Virus record (IMG/VR): IMGVR_UViG_3300031555_010858
Location: 32,001-96,000 of that record
Length of the DNA: 64,000 bases
Direction: 5' to 3' (one strand)
From: a virus
Taxonomy: Duplodnaviria; Caudoviricetes
Shown one piece after another: positions 28,151 through 36,140 of the stretch (the stretch's first letter is position 1; every line of letters begins with the position of its first letter). Under the pieces are notes generated by a model. It had not been told where the DNA came from. It ran no database searches and was given only the letters and a program-made list of their open reading frames with translations. The position numbers were made by a program, and so were the translations under genes.

Positions 28151-28756
28151 TTGAATATGTTTAAAAGAATAATAACAACTTTAGTAGGTGGAGCTATATC
28201 TGCATTTGGTATAGCTTCTTTAATTAATTCTGGTTTAGGTTGCTTTGGAATAACTGCAGCTTATTTAGGTTTATCTAAAGTAACAGGTATACCATTCAGT
28301 ATGGTAAGTTTAATAGTAGAAGGTTTAATGTTAGTTTATGTTTGTTATAAAAGAGAAGGTATAGGTGTATCTTCAATATTAGCATGTTCATATGTAAGTA
28401 TATTGATAGATGTATTTAAATCAATATTACCATCTCATCCGTTAATGTTAATATTTGGTTTATGTACAATGTTAGGTTGGGCTATAACAGCAACAGCTGA
28501 ATTAGGTGAAGGTGCAACTAATATATTAACAACAACATTAGTTAAGCAAACTGGTAAATCAGTTTCATTTATAAGAACTATAATAGAAGGTTGTTATTAT
28601 ATAGTAGCAATATTAACAGCTAGAGAACATTTAACATTATTAACAATAATATTAGTTTTCGTTACAGGTAAAATAACAGAGATATTTTATAAATTATTTA
28701 AGTATGATCCTGTAAATGTAAAACATGATTATTTAATACAAATTAAAAAGAAATAG
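28151..28756 (+). CDS. YczE/YitT-like membrane protein
   Basis: Multiple TM segments with the GIA..I.SGLG pattern, duplicated half-way through the protein. Confidence 0.65.
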   Translation: MNMFKRIITTLVGGAISAFGIASLINSGLGCFGITAAYLGLSKVTGIPFSMVSLIVEGLMLVYVCYKREGIGVSSILACSYVSILIDVFKSILPSHPLMLIFGLCTMLGWAITATAELGEGATNILTTTLVKQTGKSVSFIRTIIEGCYYIVAILTAREHLTLLTIILVFVTGKITEIFYKLFKYDPVNVKHDYLIQIKKK

Positions 28757-28777
28757 GCATATGCCTATTTCTTTTTA
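28744..28777. terminator. Perfect 34-bp palindrome, bidirectional terminator containing both stop codons
   Basis: TAAAAAGAAATAGGCAT|ATGCCTATTTCTTTTTA. Confidence 0.75.
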
Positions 28778-29187
28778 TTAAGTCCGTATTTTGTTTTATA
28801 TTCATCCATGATTTTTTTATTATTTTTATGTGTAGTTTTAATTGCGTCTATTTGAATCATTGTTGCATAATTTTTAACTGCAGCAGGACTCATTCCTATT
28901 CCAGCATAAAACATTGCAGCGTGTTGTGGATTTTTCTTAGCCCATGTTTGGAAATCAGGTGTTTTACTTTTTGCTTCTTTGTATAATTTTTTAAAATCTT
29001 CTGCACATTCTTTCGCTTTTTTAGGATTATGTTTTTTAAGATAATTTAAAAAACTTGCTTTAGCTTTTCTAAATTTTATTTCATCACCAGCTTTTTCTAA
29101 TACTATATCTAGTGATTCTAATAATGAGTTAACACCATCAATTCTATCACTTACGTTATCTAAAAAATTTTGATACGATTTATCCAT
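28765..29187 (-). CDS. Small basic late protein, putative internal head protein
   Basis: 140 aa; acidic N-terminus with SLLE/VLE, Lys-rich body; similar to the neighbouring gene. Confidence 0.55.
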   Translation of the reverse strand: MDKSYQNFLDNVSDRIDGVNSLLESLDIVLEKAGDEIKFRKAKASFLNYLKKHNPKKAKECAEDFKKLYKEAKSKTPDFQTWAKKNPQHAAMFYAGIGMSPAAVKNYATMIQIDAIKTTHKNNKKIMDEYKTKYGLNKKK

Positions 29188-29210
29188 ATTTTCATTCTCC
29201 TTTTATTATT

Positions 29211-29579
29211 CTACCAGTTACCTTTTTTTCTTGCTTTTCTTCTTACTATTTCTTGACCTGCAACACCAACAAGACCGAATAAAAATAATATTAATATTTC
29301 ATTTAATGCTGCATGTTCTTTTCTCCATTCTTTATAAACATCCCATTCTTGTTTTACTGCTTGTTTAGCAAGACTAGGTTCTTTTTCAAGTTTAGCACCT
29401 TTTTCAGGATCATGTTTTTTAGCAAACTTAATAAAACTATTTCTAGCACGTTCACCTTCTTCTTTACTAACTTTTTTCTTTTTACTGTCTTTAAATCCTT
29501 CTAAACAAACACTATCTGATGCTTCTAATAATGAATACATACCTATTAATCTTTCAGCATAGTAATTTTCGTAATCCAT
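29211..29579 (-). CDS. Small basic late protein, putative internal head protein (paralogue)
   Basis: 122 aa; SLLEA..CLEG, SF...KKH.P.K; late promoter upstream. Confidence 0.55.
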   Translation of the reverse strand: MDYENYYAERLIGMYSLLEASDSVCLEGFKDSKKKKVSKEEGERARNSFIKFAKKHDPEKGAKLEKEPSLAKQAVKQEWDVYKEWRKEHAALNEILILFLFGLVGVAGQEIVRRKARKKGNW

Positions 29580-29622
29580 AATATCACTCCTTTATTATTT
29601 TCTATTAAGTTATTTACAATAA

Positions 29623-29634
29623 TATAGAATTGTT
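29623..29634 (-). promoter_or_regulatory. Late promoter AACA-ATTCTA-TA
   Basis: Consensus match upstream of CDS 29579. Confidence 0.65.
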
Positions 29635-29641
29635 TCGTTAA

Positions 29642-29680
29642 TGTAAAAAGGTAATATTTCAAAACTATATTATATAAGTG
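29642..29680 (+). promoter_or_regulatory. Early promoter
   Basis: TGTAAAAAGGTAATATTTCAAAACTATATTATATAAGTG. Confidence 0.75.
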
Positions 29681-29738
29681 AATGATAATAAATATATTAT
29701 CATTCATAAAAATATTATGAATCTAGGGGGTACAAATT

Positions 29739-30518
29739 ATGATAAGAGTTAGTGCTGTTTCTGAATTTGAAAGATTTACATTAGTTGACAAAAATGGTGT
29801 AGAAAGAAAACTAAAAATGTTTGTCAAAAATAATAATATTTATTTAGGACCAGTTCAAGCATTATTCAATAGAACTTATGTATGTAAAGATAAAAATAGA
29901 ATGGATTTTGTATCTAAATTAGATAAAGGTTTTAATGAACTATTACACATATCATCAATATTTGAAAAAATCAAAAAACATAAAGTTTATAGTAATTTTA
30001 CAATAGATTTATTAAAACAATTCCTTTATACAAAAGGATATACAGATGAAGATTTTACATTAAAGAATAAAATATATACATGTGCTAAAGAAAATTTCAT
30101 AGAATATGGATTCAATAGTATGAACTTCTGTTTAGATAGAAGAGATGATATATGGGTTCATTACAAAGATTACGAAGAGACAAAACAATATAGAGAAATA
30201 GTAAGTAAAGTACCAGAAAGCAAAATGAAAGAATTTGAAAATTGTTATAAGAAAATGATAAGATTCATAAGATATGCAGCTATACAAGATGATGGAACAG
30301 TAAAAGGATTCGCATTAAAATCAATAAACATAAGTAAACTGTATGAATGGTTATCAGATAATCATTTAATACATCAAGTTAATTATGTATCAGATATATA
30401 TCATGAAGCAAAAAGAGAATTATCATTCTCAGATGTAACTGTAGATAACACATATGTAAAAGTAATAGCAACATCTGAAGGTTTAATGTTAAAGCCACAA
30501 GTTTGTAATGCAAATTAG
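29739..30518 (+). CDS. Hypothetical protein (early)
   Basis: 259 aa; GGGGG RBS. Confidence 0.75.
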   Translation: MIRVSAVSEFERFTLVDKNGVERKLKMFVKNNNIYLGPVQALFNRTYVCKDKNRMDFVSKLDKGFNELLHISSIFEKIKKHKVYSNFTIDLLKQFLYTKGYTDEDFTLKNKIYTCAKENFIEYGFNSMNFCLDRRDDIWVHYKDYEETKQYREIVSKVPESKMKEFENCYKKMIRFIRYAAIQDDGTVKGFALKSINISKLYEWLSDNHLIHQVNYVSDIYHEAKRELSFSDVTVDNTYVKVIATSEGLMLKPQVCNAN

Positions 30519-30579
30519 GTAACATCTGTAGAAATACAGTTAATATAAAAAAATATAAAATTAATGGAGGTAACTGTTT

Positions 30580-31479
30580 ATGTTAAAATTAAATGATGTT
30601 TTAGAATGTAGAAGAATGATGGAATACAAAGGTGCAGTAATAGAATATACAACAGGTTTAAATGAAGTATATGTAAATGCACAAGATATATTATACGTTA
30701 TGCAAAATGTTCATAGTAAAGATTTTGGTTATTTACAATCTATGGAAGATTTCGTTTACCTATTAGATAAACAAGGTTGTATAAGTCAAGCATTAAAATG
30801 TTATGATAATTATATTATAGCAGATTATTTATATGAAAAACCTATCAATATAGATTATGTAATTGAATTAAGTAGTAAACTTAAAGTTAAAGAATTTACA
30901 ACATTCTTAAGAACTGCAAAAGGTATAATAATCAGATATGGTGTGTATGTTCCTCATCCAGAATTCACACATTATGATAGAAGAAAAAATGATGAGAAAA
31001 ATCTTGCAATAACTTTCGATTCAAAAGCATTATCAGAAGCAGCTTATAGATTAAATGTATATGAAGATAATCTATATTTTGAAGTTGCAAATGCTATGAC
31101 AAATATAGTATTTGGTAGAGATGTAGAATCATTAAGATATGAACATAGTATGTTATATGAAGAATATCTAAGTGATTATATGACAGATTTTGAATATGAT
31201 AAACTTGCATATTGTTGTAAAGTTGCATCATATATATTAAATTATAGTGATGTAGGAGTTTATGGTGTAGAAGTATTTACAACAACTGCTCTTAATATGG
31301 CATTACAAGATGTTGAAACAGGAAGAATTAAATATAGTGCACCAAAGAACACAAGTGTAATAAGTGAGATATTTGATAATGCAACTCATAATGATGAATT
31401 AGAATACACAGAAGAAAGAATGAGACCTAGACAAGAAGTTTCTCAAAAAGATGTAGATGATTATAAAAGATATATGTAA
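30580..31479 (+). CDS. Hypothetical early protein, possible KilA-N/Bro-like N-terminus
   Basis: 299 aa; YKG..I....VYVNAQDI resembles DNA-binding N-termini (weak); GGAGG RBS. Confidence 0.6.
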   Translation: MLKLNDVLECRRMMEYKGAVIEYTTGLNEVYVNAQDILYVMQNVHSKDFGYLQSMEDFVYLLDKQGCISQALKCYDNYIIADYLYEKPINIDYVIELSSKLKVKEFTTFLRTAKGIIIRYGVYVPHPEFTHYDRRKNDEKNLAITFDSKALSEAAYRLNVYEDNLYFEVANAMTNIVFGRDVESLRYEHSMLYEEYLSDYMTDFEYDKLAYCCKVASYILNYSDVGVYGVEVFTTTALNMALQDVETGRIKYSAPKNTSVISEIFDNATHNDELEYTEERMRPRQEVSQKDVDDYKRYM

Positions 31480-31482
31480 ATT

Positions 31483-31520
31483 AAAATAGAGATAACCATT
31501 TGGTTATCTCTATTTTTTTT
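31483..31520. terminator. Bidirectional terminator
   Basis: AAAATAGAGATAACC-attt-GGTTATCTCTATTTT between convergent genes. Confidence 0.85.
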
Positions 31521-34500
31521 ATTTTCTTTTATAAATTTCTTCCAACGATCTACTTAACTCAACTAATAATTTATTAGCCATTATCATTTTAGGAGCAGAT
31601 GTAACACCCCTTGCTATTAATGAGTTACAACTTAGAACAGCATCTATTCCTTCATCTGGTCTAAATAATGTATAAGCTTCTTGTCCTTCAGGTATTATAC
31701 TACCAACGATACTTTTTAATGCACTAAAGAAAACTATTTTATCTCCTACACCAACTTCATCATGTATTTTAATGTAGAATTCTATTAACACACCTTCGTT
31801 AACTATAGCACCTCTAAATTTACCATCTTTAGCTTCTACTTTACCTGTTGGTTCGTTGAATAACATATTACATTTAACTACAGAACCATTATCATCATAT
31901 TTTTCTAATAATTTTTTTCTTGCCTTTATTTTACTATAATATTGATTTACTATTTGTCTTAATGACGGAGAAAGTTCATCTAGTTCAACTGTACAGAAAA
32001 CTTTTATATCTTCTATAACACCTGAATATTTAGATTTTATTTTTTCTTTACCACTCATTATAATTTCTTCCTTGAATTCATCACCAACATTAAATAATAA
32101 TTGGTTGATTACATCTTCACTGAATGACTTCTCAAATCTTATTAGTTCGTCTCCATTTTGAACCTTATCACCTATTTTAACCATATAGTCAACAGTTGTG
32201 TTAGGTCCAAGTACCGCTTGTTTTTGCATAACTACTTCAGTAGCCATTTCTCTAGAAAGTTTTTTACTTATATAAGAACTATCTTCATAAGTTAATGAAG
32301 AAGATAATAATGCAACTTTTTGTAATGAACCAACATTAAATCTATTACCAAACGCTGAGTTCTCACTAAAGAATTTATCTTCATATGCTAATATATCATT
32401 CTTTTTAAATTTATCACCTTTCTTAACATTGACAGCCATATGTTTAGATATATTAAATCCACCAGCACCATTCTTAGCTATACGGTTTATATCTATAGCA
32501 TCATGTTCCCCATTTTTATATTCAACTATTAATAAACCTAATTTTTCATCATATTCTTTTACTTCACCATTGTCTTTAGCAACAAATACCCAGTCTTTAG
32601 TACAATGATAAGGCATAACTCTTTCTGCACCATTTGATACTAAAACTGGAGAAGATTTAGCAACAGCAACACAGTGAGTTGATTGTCTACATGACATTGT
32701 AGTTCTAACACTGTCATCCCCAGATGCACAACCTGGAGTTAATAGCTCAGCAACACCGAATAAGTTTGCGTCATTATATTCTGTAACTTTACCTTGTAAA
32801 GCTTTATTGTCTATAAATCCACGAGGATCTGTTATAGGTGGTTCTAATGTAAGGAATCTATTAACACCAACGTTAGCATCAGGAGAAGAAGATAATGTGA
32901 ATACACCAGCCATACCAGGATGGTAAGATCTTTGTTCTTCTGTATAAGCTTGTGCTAAGTTACATCCACTAGGACCTTTTCTTAAGCATTTTCTTAAGTT
33001 TTGTTGTTCATATATAGGATTAAGTTCCGAATAATCTTCTACTGTTTGTTGTTTCATTATATCTTTGATTATAGCTCCACGTTCTATACTTATCTTAGTA
33101 GGGTTATTAAAGTTTGCAGTTTCTTTATATTTTTCATAAGCACTTGCAACGTTTTTATAAACTATAGCATTTACAACTTCAGCACATCTTATTCTAGATA
33201 CAGTTATTTCATGTGTATATTGATTATCTGCTAATAACTCATTTCCATATAATACCATACCAGTTAAATCTGTTGGTAAATTTAATCTCTTTAACACATC
33301 CAATGTCATTGGATCTATAAAGTTATCTTGGAAGTTATCAAATGCATTTGCTATATTTCTTCTACCAAACATAGTTTCAAACATTGATTGATAAACAAAC
33401 TTATCATTTAAATCACTGTAATTATAATTTTTAGTTGGTATATCTATAAACCCATTCATTAATAATGATGTTGCTATAGGTTTATTTGTATATATTAAAT
33501 AACCATCTTGGAATTGTATACAGTTTTCATCAGGTGCTAATCTTGGTCTAGTATCTGAGAAATAGTGTTTTATGTCCGCTCTTTTTAAGAATCCATCTAT
33601 ACCTTCAAAGTAACATAATAATAAAACTATTGGTACTTGTTTACTCATTATAGTTGCTCTACTGTACATATATTTTTTACCAGCAGATTGTTCTCCAACT
33701 TTAGCACTTAATGCTGGAGATAATGATAATATGAATTCAACTAATGTTTTTCCTGTTGATTGAGTTTTACCTTGAGCGTTTATAATAACAACATTGTCAG
33801 ATTTTAAATCTATACAATAATATTCATTACCTTTAATTCCTAAAGGAAGTAATTCAACATCTAATCTTCCTTCTAAACCTTTTATGTTTCTATCTAATAA
33901 TATATGTCTTATTTCCTTTTGGTCGAATATTATTCTAGTACCGTTTATATTAACTTCTTTAAATAATTTAGATAAATCGTCATAATCTATAGTTGTAACA
34001 AAACCTTCATTCTCAGAGTCGAATTTACCACGTTGAACTCTAATACCTTTTATTTCTTCTGATAAAGCTTTTTTAAGTTTTTCATTAGTTTGAGAAACTT
34101 TTTCTCCGTAACGTCTTATGAATATCTTGTTATAATTACTAACTAATTGAACTGTATCAGGATCAACTTTAACTATCGGTAAAAGTAGTTGTTGATTATT
34201 TATATATTTTCTATTACCTCCTAAATATAGATATCTACCTTCTATTATTTTAGGAACGTCAAATACTACTTTATGTCTAACCCTTAATTCGTCTTCAAGT
34301 TCAATAGTCCACGTTTCTTTATAGTTTGATATATCAGAAGTATCTTCTACAGATATATTTCTTACAAATACTTTTATAGATTTATTATTCATATCAGTAA
34401 ACATTGAAACCATGTCTTTTTCCATAAGTTGTTCAACGTATGCTTTATCTATATTTGGGTATCTTATATCAGTAACATTTTTATTTATAGTATCCACGTG

Positions 34501-35661
34501 ACTTGATACATCATTAACTGGAACTTCTACTTCTTCTGATTTCATATTTAATATTTCTTCAAGAGTCTTTCCTCTTACAGCGATTTCTAACTGTTTTTCT
34601 CTAAGTAATTCATCACGTTTGTTTGATGCAGCAGTTTTAGCTATATTTTTATTATTAGCCATAACTATTTCTTTCATAAGTTTTTCGTCTTTTTCTATTT
34701 CTTTCTTAACATCATTTTCATCCATTTCTTGGTTTTTATCTAAAACTTTTTCAACTTCAGCTTCTATTTTATTTTTAACATCTTCAGGAACACCTGCATC
34801 ACCAGTAGCACCAAAAACATATTTATCTATTAAGGATTTACTTATATCAGCTTTATTTTGTGCTAATATAGAATCTATTTCAGCAGATACACTTCCTTCT
34901 TCAGGATCTTCTCTATTCAGCATTTTAAATAATTCTTTTCTGTATAATGCTGCAATATTAGCTTTATTTGCATCAGTATTCATAGTTCTCTTACACTCAG
35001 CAGGGTTAACTCTTAATGTCCAACCTGTTTTAGAAGTTATTAAAAAATCTATATCACCTAATTTAAAAAATTCTTCGGGTTCTCTTTTCATTAAGATATA
35101 TAAATAAGTCATAGGGTTTACAGCTTCTCCCCTATTGTTTAAATCATTAACTAAATCATTACTAAACTCTTCAACGTTCATTATCATTGATTTCATAGGA
35201 TATTTATCTAATGGTAATTCACCTATATATCGCATGATAAATTCCCAATACTCTTTAGGTTTAACTATTCTTGTTATCATAGATGAGTTAGTACTAAATG
35301 CTGTATTTGCATACGAAAGTTCAAAGAATACGTTAAATCCCATATTAAGTTTACCTTCATTTATACCATTTAAATAAGGTAATTCTGCACGTATTTGATC
35401 ATAGTAAGCTTGACGTCCTTGTAATCTATTTTCTCTAACTAACTTACTTCTTATCTTGATTTGTTCTAATCTTTTAGCATAACACATAGTAACCACGTTA
35501 TTATATTCTAGATTAATAGTACCTAATTTAAGTTTTAAGTTTTTAGTATCCATTGTATTCATTATAACTAATGAACCATATCTTTTATTCTTTTGGTCAT
35601 ATTGTATAACAGGTCTTAATCTAGTTCTTTTTAATAATGGTAATTTATTACTAGTAATCAT
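31519..35661 (-). CDS. Phage multisubunit RNA polymerase beta-like subunit, probably virion RNAP (phiKZ gp178-like)
   Basis: SSPDANVGVNR, DDSVRTTMSCRQ, TYEDS, GVGDKIVFFSALKSIVG..IDAVLS..S..ARG match RpoB regions. A late promoter fits a packaged RNAP. Confidence 0.85.
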   Translation of the reverse strand: MITSNKLPLLKRTRLRPVIQYDQKNKRYGSLVIMNTMDTKNLKLKLGTINLEYNNVVTMCYAKRLEQIKIRSKLVRENRLQGRQAYYDQIRAELPYLNGINEGKLNMGFNVFFELSYANTAFSTNSSMITRIVKPKEYWEFIMRYIGELPLDKYPMKSMIMNVEEFSNDLVNDLNNRGEAVNPMTYLYILMKREPEEFFKLGDIDFLITSKTGWTLRVNPAECKRTMNTDANKANIAALYRKELFKMLNREDPEEGSVSAEIDSILAQNKADISKSLIDKYVFGATGDAGVPEDVKNKIEAEVEKVLDKNQEMDENDVKKEIEKDEKLMKEIVMANNKNIAKTAASNKRDELLREKQLEIAVRGKTLEEILNMKSEEVEVPVNDVSSHVDTINKNVTDIRYPNIDKAYVEQLMEKDMVSMFTDMNNKSIKVFVRNISVEDTSDISNYKETWTIELEDELRVRHKVVFDVPKIIEGRYLYLGGNRKYINNQQLLLPIVKVDPDTVQLVSNYNKIFIRRYGEKVSQTNEKLKKALSEEIKGIRVQRGKFDSENEGFVTTIDYDDLSKLFKEVNINGTRIIFDQKEIRHILLDRNIKGLEGRLDVELLPLGIKGNEYYCIDLKSDNVVIINAQGKTQSTGKTLVEFILSLSPALSAKVGEQSAGKKYMYSRATIMSKQVPIVLLLCYFEGIDGFLKRADIKHYFSDTRPRLAPDENCIQFQDGYLIYTNKPIATSLLMNGFIDIPTKNYNYSDLNDKFVYQSMFETMFGRRNIANAFDNFQDNFIDPMTLDVLKRLNLPTDLTGMVLYGNELLADNQYTHEITVSRIRCAEVVNAIVYKNVASAYEKYKETANFNNPTKISIERGAIIKDIMKQQTVEDYSELNPIYEQQNLRKCLRKGPSGCNLAQAYTEEQRSYHPGMAGVFTLSSSPDANVGVNRFLTLEPPITDPRGFIDNKALQGKVTEYNDANLFGVAELLTPGCASGDDSVRTTMSCRQSTHCVAVAKSSPVLVSNGAERVMPYHCTKDWVFVAKDNGEVKEYDEKLGLLIVEYKNGEHDAIDINRIAKNGAGGFNISKHMAVNVKKGDKFKKNDILAYEDKFFSENSAFGNRFNVGSLQKVALLSSSLTYEDSSYISKKLSREMATEVVMQKQAVLGPNTTVDYMVKIGDKVQNGDELIRFEKSFSEDVINQLLFNVGDEFKEEIIMSGKEKIKSKYSGVIEDIKVFCTVELDELSPSLRQIVNQYYSKIKARKKLLEKYDDNGSVVKCNMLFNEPTGKVEAKDGKFRGAIVNEGVLIEFYIKIHDEVGVGDKIVFFSALKSIVGSIIPEGQEAYTLFRPDEGIDAVLSCNSLIARGVTSAPKMIMANKLLVELSRSLEEIYKRK

Positions 35662-35698
35662 TAAATCTCACCCTTTCGTTATTTACTCTTTATTCACT

Positions 35699-35710
35699 TA
35701 CAAAATTGTT
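35699..35710 (-). promoter_or_regulatory. Late promoter AACA-ATTTTG-TA
   Basis: Consensus match upstream of the beta-like gene. Confidence 0.7.
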
Positions 35711-35733
35711 TTTGCCTTGAAAAATCGACGGTT

Positions 35734-35844
35734 AAAACCCCTATGCCAATCATAGGCATAGGGTATATGTCAAAACAATAACAATAAGAGGTAAGATGTT
35801 TATGTTTCAAGTAATATGATGATTCCGATACCATCATTTTACTT
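35734..35844 (-). ncRNA. Candidate ~110-nt late small RNA with anti-Shine-Dalgarno seed
   Basis: Late promoter AACA-AATTAG-TA at 35855-35844; 5' hairpin begins exactly at +1; single-stranded CAUAAACAUCUUACCUCUUAUUGUUAUUG; terminator CCCTATGCC/GGCATAGGG plus U tail; no RBS-led ORF. Confidence 0.6.
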
Positions 35845-35915
35845 ACTAATTTGTTATACTAAATTAAATTTTATAAAAACCTTATTATAATTTATCAACA
35901 TACCAACAACTTCTT

Positions 35916-36013
35916 AATGCGATAGCAGCATTAAGAATAAAACGAACCTCCTTAAGAGGTGAGTGAAGAAGTTGTTAAAATAAAAATATGGTTGGGAAGT
36001 TACGTTTATTTTT
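35916..36013 (+). ncRNA. Candidate ~100-nt late small RNA containing ACCUCCUUA
   Basis: Late promoter AACA-ACTTCT-TA at 35905-35916; hairpin at +1; ACCTC-cttaa-GAGGT hairpin. The 3' end is uncertain. Confidence 0.35.
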
Positions 36014-36017
36014 GCTG

Positions 36018-36056
36018 TGTAAAAAGGTTAAATTTCAATTATATATTATAAAAGTG
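36018..36056 (+). promoter_or_regulatory. Early promoter
   Basis: TGTAAAAAGGTTAAATTTCAATTATATATTATAAAAGTG. Confidence 0.8.
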
Positions 36057-36094
36057 AATATTTCATTAATGATTTAAATCATTAATGAAATATT
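36057..36094. repeat. Perfect 38-bp palindrome at the 5' end of the RNAP-subunit transcript
   Basis: AATATTTCATTAATGATTT|AAATCATTAATGAAATATT. Confidence 0.9.
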
Positions 36095-36140
36095 AATTAA
36101 GCAATAACAATAAATATATATTAATAGGAGGTAAATGTCT

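Noticed and set aside
30521-30532. AACA-TCTGTA-GA (and AACA-AATTAT-AA at 40443) as late promoters
   Set aside because: Both lack TA at the N6 spacing; such near-matches are expected by chance in AT-rich DNA.
35924-35935. AGCAGCATTAAG resembling SRP RNA helix 8
   Set aside because: The partner CAGG..GGAA strand and tetraloop are absent.
35936-35976. Possible minus-strand RNA antisense to the beta-like gene leader
   Set aside because: The promoter is imperfect (AACA-N6-TC) and the complementarity is fragmented into 6-7 nt pieces.
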